Part shown: piece after piece, positions 1 through 8,371 of the stretch
Layout: each line of letters opens with the position of its first letter
Numbering within the stretch: the first letter of the stretch is position 1
From: a bacterium
GTDB lineage: Bacteria > Babelota > Babeliae > Babelales > UBA12409
Reading direction: 5' to 3'
DNA: 64,000 bases
Assembly: GCA_021823685.1 (NCBI GenBank)
Contig: JAKANL010000001.1
Location: forward strand, 38,831 to 102,830
The notes under the pieces: model-generated
Seen by the model: the letters and a program-made list of their open reading frames with translations, nothing else
Database searches by the model: none
What the model was told of the DNA's origin: nothing
Translations under genes and position numbers: made by a program

Positions 1-404
1 AACAAACCTTGTCCATCTGGGAAGATGGTGTGGCTCCATTCATCTTCCGGTAACACGATGGTTCCTGTCGACACGGGTGAAGCGGGGTCAATGTCGGCAT
101 TAATCATGACTTCTATGGGATTGCCAAGAGTCTTTTTTCTCGTACGTGGTTGTGGCCAAGTTTTGACAAGTGGCGGTGAATGCCGTTCAGGAACTTCGAT
201 GTGTAACGGGAGCATGGTAAAAGGTTTTTGTGTAGAAAAAACAGGCGTCGGATGCGGAGATGCCCAAGGTGTTGTTGGTGAGCTTACTTCTATGCGTGGC
301 ACATGAGTAAAACGCGGAAGATCATCGTGCTTTTCGCATCCAAAAACGTATGCATCAATGATACACGGCGCGCAAACATAAATCAGCCAAACGTTTCTCT
401 GCAT
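1..404 (-). CDS. hypothetical protein, 5' part only (runs off the window start)
   Basis: My own minus-strand translation from ATG 404..402 (MQRNVWLIYVCAPCIIDAYVFG...) is stop-free to position 1. AAGGAGG lies at 414..408. It is absent from the ORF track because no stop lies in the window; the + ORF 25..306 is its antisense shadow. Confidence 0.5.
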   Translation of the reverse strand, partial: MQRNVWLIYVCAPCIIDAYVFGCEKHDDLPRFTHVPRIEVSSPTTPWASPHPTPVFSTQKPFTMLPLHIEVPERHSPPLVKTWPQPRTRKKTLGNPIEVMINADIDPASPVSTGTIVLPEDEWSHTIFPDGQGL

Positions 405-571
405 GTCCCTCCTTTGCCATATGATCTCCTCTATTCTTAATGATGGATTATGCTTTTGTCCAGAATTGATCGTATTTTGTTGGATATTGAGTTCGCAAAA
501 TTCATTGCATGTTGAAAGGTAATTTTGGTCTGGAGGTGGGCAAAATTAAACGTTTGAGGTATACTAAAAAT

Positions 572-1636
572 ATGAAAATTGCATTATTACTTTCTGGCGG
601 GGTTGATAGTTCAGTTGCCCTTGCCAGACTCATTGAAGACGGTTGCGAAGTAACCGCTTTTTATCTTAAAATTTGGCTTGAAGATGAGCTTGCGCATCTT
701 GGTTCTTGCCCTTGGCAGGAAGATCTTTCATATGTGCGTGCTACGTGCCAAAAGCTTAACGTGCCCTTAGAAATTATTTCGCTACAAAAGGAGTATTGGA
801 ACGAGGTTGTTGCATACACTATTGCGCAGATTAAGGCAGGATTGACGCCAAATCCCGACGTGATGTGTAACCAGTGCATTAAATTCGGGGCTTTTATGCG
901 TGCCATTGGCGACGATTACGATGCGATAGCGACGGGGCACTATGCACAAACGGTTGGTGAAAATGGGCTGGTGAAGCTTAAACGGGCGCCTGACCCCATA
1001 AAAGATCAGACCTATTTTCTGGCGCATCTGAGTCAGGCACAGTTGCGTAGAGCATGGTTTCCCATCGGCCATTTACATAAAAAGCAGGTGCGCGAGCTGG
1101 CATACGCGTACGATCTGCCAACCAAAGACCGCAAAGATAGCCAGGGCATTTGTTTTTTGGGAAAGCTCAAATTTAGTGAATTTGTACGCCATCACGTTGG
1201 TACTAACAGCGGTAATTTTATCGAGTATGAAACGGGCAAAATAGTTGGCAGACACGAAGGCTTTTGGTTTTTTACCATTGGTCAACGCCAGGGGATGAGG
1301 CTTGCGGGCGGGCCGTGGTACGTCGTTGCCAAACAGCCGCAGACCAATACGGTTTATGTTTCGCGTAACTATCACGCGTCCGATAAAGTAAGAAAAACAT
1401 TTCGTGTAACCAATTTTAACTGGATTTCTGGTATTGCGCCGCAGGACGGCCAGTTTTTAATCAAATTACGCCATGGTCCCGGTATTGTTTCTGGTTCTAT
1501 GCAGTTTGACGATCAAGGTGGTACGGTCACTTTGCAGGAACGCGATCAGGGAATCGCCCCGGGCCAATTTGCCGTTTTTTATCATGACGATATATGCCTG
1601 GGATCCGCCGTTATTGCGCAAGGAGACGTTACGTGA
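572..1636 (+). CDS. mnmA: tRNA 2-thiouridine(34) synthase MnmA
   Basis: N-terminal PP-loop LLSGGVDSSV, then CNQCIKFGAF, TGHYA, KDQTYFL and KDSQGICFLG, collinear with the MnmA family. The ORF opens at 509, but MKIALLLSGGVDS at 572 matches the family N-terminus. Confidence 0.9.
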   Translation: MKIALLLSGGVDSSVALARLIEDGCEVTAFYLKIWLEDELAHLGSCPWQEDLSYVRATCQKLNVPLEIISLQKEYWNEVVAYTIAQIKAGLTPNPDVMCNQCIKFGAFMRAIGDDYDAIATGHYAQTVGENGLVKLKRAPDPIKDQTYFLAHLSQAQLRRAWFPIGHLHKKQVRELAYAYDLPTKDRKDSQGICFLGKLKFSEFVRHHVGTNSGNFIEYETGKIVGRHEGFWFFTIGQRQGMRLAGGPWYVVAKQPQTNTVYVSRNYHASDKVRKTFRVTNFNWISGIAPQDGQFLIKLRHGPGIVSGSMQFDDQGGTVTLQERDQGIAPGQFAVFYHDDICLGSAVIAQGDVT

Positions 1637-2196
1637 AGAATGAAAAATTACGGGTTTTTACGGTTGCAACTGGTGTAACGTTCGTACGTTTGTTACTGGT
1701 GCCAGTGATTATGAGTTGCCTATACTATGCCCAATGGCGATGGGCGGCAGTACTTTTTGTTGTGACTGGGGTGACCGATTATCTTGATGGATTTATTGCA
1801 CGGCGATACAACCAGGTAACAACATTTGGCGCTTTTTTTGATGCATTAACCGATAAAATACTTATGGTTGGCATCTGGGGGATGTTGCTTACCGTACATT
1901 TTCCCCTCTATTTGCCCGTGTATCCCCTGTGGTTTTTATTGGGTAAAGAACTTCTTATTGTTTTTGGCGTTGTGTGGTTGTGGTTGCTGCGGCGGCTCGT
2001 GACTATACAGCCGGCAGTCACGTGGAAAATGACTGGCGTTATTGCCATGGGCGTGACCGGTTGGGCAATGTTAGCCGCTGGATTTGATTTTGTCTTTTTA
2101 CCGGCAAGTTTATGGGTGGCTGCGGGATGTGCGATTCTCGGGTTGATTGGCTATGCTCGGCAATTTATTGAATTGATTAGCGATGGGAGGCCATAG
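1633..2196 (+). CDS. pgsA: CDP-alcohol phosphatidyltransferase (PgsA-like)
   Basis: Motif DYLDGFIARR...GAFFDALTDK (DG-x2-AR-x8-G-x3-D-x3-D) and several hydrophobic helices. GTG 1633 overlaps the mnmA stop (GTGA), with AGGAG at 1621..1625. Confidence 0.8.
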   Translation: MKNEKLRVFTVATGVTFVRLLLVPVIMSCLYYAQWRWAAVLFVVTGVTDYLDGFIARRYNQVTTFGAFFDALTDKILMVGIWGMLLTVHFPLYLPVYPLWFLLGKELLIVFGVVWLWLLRRLVTIQPAVTWKMTGVIAMGVTGWAMLAAGFDFVFLPASLWVAAGCAILGLIGYARQFIELISDGRP

Positions 2197-2198
2197 CG

Positions 2199-2735
2199 AT
2201 GTGGTATCTGGTAATAGTTTTTAGTTTTTGCGGTACGTTGATTGGCGAACAAACGAAAGTGCCGATTACTGATTCTAACGAATCTGAAGACAATGAGTTT
2301 GTCGTTGTTGCCCCACGCAAAAGGGTAACTGAGGAGCGCTCGGAACTTCGTAGTCAATTGGCAGAATATGCGCGTGATATCTTGCATGGTTGTAACCAGG
2401 CTGGCCTGGATCAAGCAGAATTATTGGAGGCTAAGGGCGGTGCGCAATACTGTTCATCCGTTGCTCAAACAATCAAACATATCTGTTGGGTAACCGAACA
2501 GCTCGAAGATAAAATTGAACAGGTTATGCGCGGCGATAAAGATGGTTTGTGGGCGCATATGACGGCGCAGCAGTTAGCGCATGCGCGTGACGTGATGAAA
2601 GAGATATCAGAGACCGTGGTTGACCAGGGTTGCCTGCCAGACGGTGATATCGGATCGATAAAAAAACACGTGAGTCGATTAAGGCTGTGGTGGGCCAAAA
2701 CGCATGACGCTATGGTCGAGGTGTGTGGCGAATAA
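2199..2735 (+). CDS. hypothetical protein (N-terminal hydrophobic segment)
   Basis: 178-aa ORF starting 3 nt after the pgsA stop, with no recognisable motif. N-terminus is MWYLVIVFSFCGTLIG. Confidence 0.55.
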   Translation: MWYLVIVFSFCGTLIGEQTKVPITDSNESEDNEFVVVAPRKRVTEERSELRSQLAEYARDILHGCNQAGLDQAELLEAKGGAQYCSSVAQTIKHICWVTEQLEDKIEQVMRGDKDGLWAHMTAQQLAHARDVMKEISETVVDQGCLPDGDIGSIKKHVSRLRLWWAKTHDAMVEVCGE

Positions 2736-2789
2736 TTTTGTGGTAAACTGAGTGTCGATTACGTTTTTATACCAAAAGGATGTTGTGCA

Positions 2790-3362
2790 ATGGCGGGCTT
2801 CAATCGCGTGATCATTATGGGCAACTTAACTCGTGACCCTGATCATAAACAATTATCGTCTGGACAAGTGGTGTGTCGATTGGGATTGGCATCTAATCGC
2901 CAGTATCGCAATCGGCAGTCAGGAGAGTTGGTACAAGAAGTTTGTTATGTGGATATTGACGTTTGGGGACCGCAAGCCGAAAGTTGTCGTCAATATTTGG
3001 CAAAAGGGCGGCCAGTACTTGTTGAAGGACGCCTGAAATTTGATAGTTGGCAGGATCAAGAAGGCAATATGCGGAGCAAACACTCGATTGTTGCTGATCG
3101 CGTTGTTTTTATGTCTTCTTCTCAGCCATCCGTTGGTGAAGATATCGGCGTCTCCGCTGGTGCCGACGTAGAACGTATGCAAAGCGCGATGTTGGACCAG
3201 GCGCAAGCGACGGCGGGCAAGAAGCCGCGAAGCAAAAAATCGGATGAATTTGCAGCGGCAAAAACTGAGCATAAAAAATCTTCGTCAACCGCGGATGTGG
3301 CTCAAGGCGGCGAGGTAACGCTTCCCGACGATCCGCCATTTCAGGATGATTTGCCCTTTTAA
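2790..3362 (+). CDS. ssb: single-stranded DNA-binding protein
   Basis: OB-fold N-terminus MAGFNRVIIMGNLTRDP...VEGRLKFDSWQD, a disordered linker, and the canonical acidic tail ending DDLPF. Confidence 0.92.
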   Translation: MAGFNRVIIMGNLTRDPDHKQLSSGQVVCRLGLASNRQYRNRQSGELVQEVCYVDIDVWGPQAESCRQYLAKGRPVLVEGRLKFDSWQDQEGNMRSKHSIVADRVVFMSSSQPSVGEDIGVSAGADVERMQSAMLDQAQATAGKKPRSKKSDEFAAAKTEHKKSSSTADVAQGGEVTLPDDPPFQDDLPF

Positions 3363-3446
3363 GTTAGATATTTTACTCAAAGCTTCGCCGTGTCTTCGCC
3401 AAAACCGCGTACTTTAGTGCGAGCGATTGGTGCGGCAATAAGTTAT

Positions 3447-3481
3447 AAAAAAGCTCTAGCCGTAAAAAGCCGGAGCTTTTT
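3447..3481. terminator. possible bidirectional terminator between convergent genes
   Basis: AAAAAGCTC ... GAGCTTTTT inverted repeat (9 bp, 17-nt loop) with A/T runs on both sides, between ssb (+) and the 3481..4755 gene (-). Confidence 0.3.
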
Positions 3482-4755
3482 TACCAAAACCATTCGATAT
3501 CAAGGCCGATGTAAGCGCCAAAGAGAATGGTTTCAAACACCCGTTTGCCACAGAATGTCTTATCAATCGTAAATGCTATGCGTGGGAGGTTTGGGTGCCT
3601 GTAGGTTGCTGAGTCAAACTCCATCACAAAATGAAAATTATTCGATTGCCATGCCTGTAAACGTTCGTCGGTGTTAACGATGGCGTAATCAAAGCGAGTA
3701 GTATCGCATGGATATAGATATGAGCGATTTGCATGATCGTGCGAAAACCCGAAAATAAAAGAAAAGTTTTCAACAAAGTGGTCGAATTTGATGAATTCAT
3801 CGATGTGCCACGTTAACCCGCGCTTTTCCTCAGCGTTTCCGCGGGCTAAACGTATCCAACCGCGTTGTTCGAGCGCGGTTTTCATTGGAACGGCAACTCG
3901 CCTGTTGGCTAACCAGAGTACGCCGCCTTGTACACCGACGGTGAGCCAATCAAAAGCGCCGATTGAAAGAGAAGCTATCGCCGGAATTCCCCAGTGGCCA
4001 TTATAACCAAGCGGCAAACTAAATACGCAATTGGGCATTTGTTTTTTTCCGGTTGGGAAATTAACTCCCGCGGTTAGCGTAAAATCTACATAATCTAAAT
4101 CTTTAGTGTCTTCGTAATTAAGCGCCCATCCGCCATACAGCTGAATATCGCCCAGGCCGCTCGATCGCCATTTGCCCAAGCGTACATCGTAGTATGCAAG
4201 CTGTTGCTCTAAATCATTAAACCATTGTTGCCATTGGACATATGAAATGGCGTGTCCGCCGCCATGCAAAGGTGTTTGGTCATAGTACGAAAGATCTTTG
4301 ATAGATGCCGACTTGACCGGGATCGTAAGGGTTGCAAAAAATCCGTATTTAAAGTGTTGAGTTAGTGTTGGAAGAAATTCGACCAGCGAATATGATCCAG
4401 TAATAGTTGTTTGGCCAAAGGTATTGGCTATTGGTTTTTTTCCCCATAAATCATTGATAAGGCTCGATGGATTACGATCGAGAATGCAGGCCGGAACACC
4501 CTTGGCTAACGCAAACAAGTTTTCATTGCCGTAGATATTGAGTATGTCACCGCTGTACCCACAGCCATTGAATCCTTTGTTTGCGTGGCCGCCGCGCAAA
4601 TCGAGCATGAGACTGGTCATCCAATCCTTGCCCAACAGGGGTTCGGCGCAGAACATGCGGGGGTGGGTAAAAGTGGGATAATAGTGCATGGCGATAATCG
4701 AGGAGTTAATCAAGCACAGAGACGTGGCAATTAAAGAGAGGCGTTTACTCAACAC
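3481..4755 (-). CDS. putative outer-membrane beta-barrel protein
   Basis: Signal peptide MLSKRLSLIATSLCLINSSIIA, alternating hydrophobic and polar strands rich in Gly and aromatics, and an aromatic C-terminus ...GLDIEWFW as in OM beta-barrels. Confidence 0.55.
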   Translation of the reverse strand: MLSKRLSLIATSLCLINSSIIAMHYYPTFTHPRMFCAEPLLGKDWMTSLMLDLRGGHANKGFNGCGYSGDILNIYGNENLFALAKGVPACILDRNPSSLINDLWGKKPIANTFGQTTITGSYSLVEFLPTLTQHFKYGFFATLTIPVKSASIKDLSYYDQTPLHGGGHAISYVQWQQWFNDLEQQLAYYDVRLGKWRSSGLGDIQLYGGWALNYEDTKDLDYVDFTLTAGVNFPTGKKQMPNCVFSLPLGYNGHWGIPAIASLSIGAFDWLTVGVQGGVLWLANRRVAVPMKTALEQRGWIRLARGNAEEKRGLTWHIDEFIKFDHFVENFSFIFGFSHDHANRSYLYPCDTTRFDYAIVNTDERLQAWQSNNFHFVMEFDSATYRHPNLPRIAFTIDKTFCGKRVFETILFGAYIGLDIEWFW

Positions 4756-4873
4756 CGTTATCTTCCTTTCTTAGGTTTCTATGGTGAAACATTGAGCGGT
4801 TCTTGCGGTTGTGGTACACTCTAAAGCATGCACCGTGTGGCTTCACATCGTATGTAAAGACAAGGGCAAGCCT

Positions 4874-5449
4874 ATGAAATCAGACCACCCAACATTGCCG
4901 CAAAATCATGCAGATCATCCTAACAAGAAAAAGAACGATGCTCAAGCCTTCACATGGCTCAGACGCAAGTTTTTCGGAGTTTCTGCTGCTTCAAAATCAG
5001 AGAGCTCGGCTGGTGGAAAAGAAATTGTTGCACTTAAAGAAAAGCTTGTTCGCTTAACGGCCGATTTACATAATATGCAGACGCGTATGGCAAAGGAGCG
5101 TGTGCAATCTGCCCAGGATGCGCAGATTGCTTTGCTGCAAGGGGTTTTGGATGTTGTTGATGATTACCAGCGTGCATTGCGTGAGTATGAAAAACAAGAG
5201 CGGGACGAGCGGCTTAACGTGTGGTTTGAAGGTTTTGGACTCACCATAAAACGGTTACAGCAATTTTTGGCGGCCAAGGGTGTACGAGAAATTGATTGTT
5301 CAGGATCATTCGATCCCCGATTTCACGAGGCGGTTGCCCATGTTGGCGGCACCGAGTTTCCCGCGGGCGCAATCATAGAAGTCTTGCAGCAAGGATATAC
5401 GCTTGGCGATCGCGTTATACGACCAGCGCGCGTAGCCGTTGCTCAGTAA
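4874..5449 (+). CDS. grpE: nucleotide exchange factor GrpE
   Basis: Coiled-coil N-terminal half, then FDPRFHEAVAHV...GYTLGDRVIRPARVAVAQ, typical of the GrpE C-terminal domain. ATG 4874 is chosen inside the ORF that opens at 4811. Confidence 0.85.
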   Translation: MKSDHPTLPQNHADHPNKKKNDAQAFTWLRRKFFGVSAASKSESSAGGKEIVALKEKLVRLTADLHNMQTRMAKERVQSAQDAQIALLQGVLDVVDDYQRALREYEKQERDERLNVWFEGFGLTIKRLQQFLAAKGVREIDCSGSFDPRFHEAVAHVGGTEFPAGAIIEVLQQGYTLGDRVIRPARVAVAQ

Positions 5450-5469
5450 TTTTTTATTCTAACTTTTTC

Positions 5470-6168
5470 TTATTCGAGCTTTTTATTGTTTACAATAACA
5501 TTGCTTTTCAGTGCTTTACCCAGTGATGAGCTGGTTATGGTGTCTGGATTTTCTGTAAAAATAACATCAGTGAGCTTTGCGTGATCAAATGAGGTATCGG
5601 TAACGGCTTTTTCAAATACGCTGTCTTTGAGATTGATTGAATCGAAGACGGTTTTGGTGACGGGGCCTTTGAATGTCAGATTTTGAACCAATTTTTTTTC
5701 TGCTCGTGCTGGTTGATCATTAACAAATGAAGCGTTGGTAACTGCGTCATTGAAGGTGATGCCCGTCCCCTTTTTTTCTGTTGCTTTCGCTTGAATATCA
5801 TTGAATTTTGACTTAGTTACTTTGCCATTAAACGTTGTTTCGTTAAATTCAGCTTGATTAAAAGAACTATCACTTACCGCGTCTTTGAATATGCAATTGC
5901 TGAATTTTGATCCAATCATGCTCGCATTTTTAACCTCACGTTCGAATGTTACATTTTCAAACGTGTTGTAGCTCAAGTCAATGGTGCCTTCAAGGGGCGT
6001 TTGGAACGCAATGTCTTTTATTGTTTTATGTTCTATTTTTTTTATTTTCGTTGATAACTTGAGATGGTTTAATAAATCCTCAGTTGAACGAAGCGCCGTG
6101 ATAGCCGATATGTTGAACGGTATGATTAAAAGAGCAAGTGTCGTGAACCTCGCAAACATTTCCTTCAT
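5470..6168 (-). CDS. secreted pentapeptide-repeat-like protein
   Basis: Signal peptide MKEMFARFTTLALLIIPFNISA. Long runs have a 5-residue period with central F/L/V (SDSSF NQAEF NETTF NGKVT KSKFN ...). Confidence 0.5.
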   Translation of the reverse strand: MKEMFARFTTLALLIIPFNISAITALRSTEDLLNHLKLSTKIKKIEHKTIKDIAFQTPLEGTIDLSYNTFENVTFEREVKNASMIGSKFSNCIFKDAVSDSSFNQAEFNETTFNGKVTKSKFNDIQAKATEKKGTGITFNDAVTNASFVNDQPARAEKKLVQNLTFKGPVTKTVFDSINLKDSVFEKAVTDTSFDHAKLTDVIFTENPDTITSSSLGKALKSNVIVNNKKLE

Positions 6169-6210
6169 AGAATCTCCTTTTTGATATATCTATCGGTAAC
6201 ATACCAAAGT

Positions 6211-7257
6211 CTATTTGAATATGCCAAGAATTAGCTCGATAAGAATGAGGATGATGATGAGTGTCTCAAGCATCTCGGCGCGCACCGTTTCGATGCGGTT
6301 GTAATAGACCGTACTGACCTCTTTGATGATATCAAATTTGCGATCGATTGAGCGTTTCCATCCTCTGATATCCAAACGCTCGACGAGAAGCTCATAAATC
6401 TCGTTGATATAGGGTTCGTTGGCAAGCTTGATGCTGCCTTGGAGTTGTTCTGTAATAACTGAAATATCCGCTTTGAGCCGGCCTAATTCGGCAACGGGTG
6501 TTTTAGTGAGTCCGGCAAGCGGGATTAACTCTCGTTTAGGGACGATCGTTTCGCGTCGTTCGTAGAGCTGATTGAGGCGTTCAGCGAGTAATTTGTCAAA
6601 ATATTTGAGCTCAAGGTGTTGGATGTTGCTGAACTCGAACAATCCAAGCAGTTCTTCATATCCTTCATCATAAACAAACGCTGCTTCATTATCGACGATG
6701 ATAAAATCACCACGATAATAACCGACAGCAGAATCTAGCAGATCTTGCTTTTGGTAATCGGCAAGCGTTTCGGTTTCAAAGCGCACGAGCTCGGCAATGG
6801 TGTTGCCGTATTTTTCGCTGAGTTCTTTGGAATCGATATTGGCATCATAATCGAGTTGAATGATGGTATATGATGTGCGCAAATGGAAAAAGCGTGGTTG
6901 CTTTACCAGGTGTTGGATTTTGTCAAAAATGACCTGTGCGTCACTTGATGCCTGTTCCTGATATTTGTTGCCAAGTGCCTCCATGTTGGTGCGTAAATCT
7001 TCCAGCGTTTGCCTGAATGGGATTTTATACGTGAGCGATATAACGCCAAATTCATGGATTTTGCTCGAAAGATATTCCGTCGCGTGTGGTGTCGGAAGTT
7101 CGATAGCCAATGGTGTTTGATAATTTTTAAAATAACGCGGGACAGTTTGCGGGACGCGGGCAAATATCTGTTCGTCTTCAATGGTGGTTAACGCGATATC
7201 CTCGCCAATATCAAAGGCATGGAAAATATATATGTTGCCGGAAAAGATCTTACTCAT
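6211..7257 (-). CDS. DUF155 / RMND1-family protein
   Basis: Soluble N-terminal domain, a coiled-coil, and a single C-terminal helix. The ending ...RAEMLETLIIILILIELILGIFK resembles the conserved RLEW-hIhLI-IE tail of RMND1/Rmd1 proteins. Confidence 0.5.
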   Translation of the reverse strand: MSKIFSGNIYIFHAFDIGEDIALTTIEDEQIFARVPQTVPRYFKNYQTPLAIELPTPHATEYLSSKIHEFGVISLTYKIPFRQTLEDLRTNMEALGNKYQEQASSDAQVIFDKIQHLVKQPRFFHLRTSYTIIQLDYDANIDSKELSEKYGNTIAELVRFETETLADYQKQDLLDSAVGYYRGDFIIVDNEAAFVYDEGYEELLGLFEFSNIQHLELKYFDKLLAERLNQLYERRETIVPKRELIPLAGLTKTPVAELGRLKADISVITEQLQGSIKLANEPYINEIYELLVERLDIRGWKRSIDRKFDIIKEVSTVYYNRIETVRAEMLETLIIILILIELILGIFK

Positions 7258-7338
7258 GATAGCCCACCTTTACCATTGTGCATGCGTTATCCCCTCCATT
7301 GTACCGCGCCCCTCTTTTTTTGCACATGCCCTTACGCT

Positions 7339-8187
7339 TTACAATATCAAGTCACTTGAAATTGGGGCAGGCTCACTGCTGGGCGAGGTTCGCTGTGAGC
7401 TGGGCGAGGAGCTTGAGCTTTCCGTTTTCAGTTGTGACTCAGTGGCGATGGGAGCAAATTCGTCTTCGTGAGTAGGTGAGGTTACTGGCGGTATTGACGA
7501 AGAGCTTCCCGCGCTTGCCATGCCGCCTGCTCCGTTCGTTTCTTGCTGTGGAGATGGCGGTGCCGATGTCGGATGTTCCTTGGGAGCAGAAGGGGCTGCA
7601 GGCTCGCTGTTTAATGGAAGTAATTTAGGCGACCTACGATTTGGGCGCTGCCCGGTAATTTTTTCGACAACATTATCTGCATAGAGCTGCACATCGCGCG
7701 GTGTTGGATGGTGGTATGACGTTGCCTTGTTGTGATAAAGCCATAGGCATTTGCGGTCGGCATATTCTTTTTCGGTCGTTGGCATGAGAATGGGATTTGT
7801 TCGGTTGCCGCAATAGTGAAGAACAAAATCCGTTGCCGTTAATGGTACCGTCTTTTCGTAATAAAAACTTTTTTTGTGGCAGAGTTGAACGTTGGGAATA
7901 GTTGATAGATAGTCATTTTTTGTGTTCTGCGTAGCAATAATGGGGAGCGAGCATCTATTAAGGTCGCTTTCTACCAACGAAAGAGCGTCATTAATGATTT
8001 TTAGTTCGCTGGTGGACCACCACATATTGGCGATATTGTCAGTATCGTGTGGATCTGACGAATAGGCGAGCGGATCGGTCGCGTTATGAGCGCCAACCGA
8101 GCGTTGACACGCATGATACGACACGTGCGCTTGCAGCACCGGTACGCCCAGGGCCGCGAATACACCGACTACCTGATAAATACGCAT
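7339..8187 (-). CDS. hypothetical secreted protein with Ser/Pro-rich C-terminal tail
   Basis: Signal peptide MRIYQVVGVFAALGVPVLQA, a Cys-containing globular part, and about 100 aa of low-complexity S/P/E tail. No family recognised. Confidence 0.6.
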   Translation of the reverse strand: MRIYQVVGVFAALGVPVLQAHVSYHACQRSVGAHNATDPLAYSSDPHDTDNIANMWWSTSELKIINDALSLVESDLNRCSLPIIATQNTKNDYLSTIPNVQLCHKKSFYYEKTVPLTATDFVLHYCGNRTNPILMPTTEKEYADRKCLWLYHNKATSYHHPTPRDVQLYADNVVEKITGQRPNRRSPKLLPLNSEPAAPSAPKEHPTSAPPSPQQETNGAGGMASAGSSSSIPPVTSPTHEDEFAPIATESQLKTESSSSSPSSQRTSPSSEPAPISSDLIL

Positions 8188-8371
8188 GGTTAATCTCCTA
8201 TTTTCTACTTTTCTTTATCCTAACACAATTTTCTATTTGAAATAAAGGGTTAGCTATATACCGTGCGCATTTGGTACAAAAATGTGTCTCCTGGCGCAGT
8301 TGTCATGGCACTATTGCCCGATACCTGCGTAGCAAGCTTCTATGCGGTATTTGTCGGTATATTTCGGGTAA

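Noticed and set aside
25-306. 93-aa + strand ORF at the window start
   Set aside because: It lies entirely antisense to a longer stop-free minus-strand frame that has a good RBS and ATG at 404, so it is treated as a shadow ORF.
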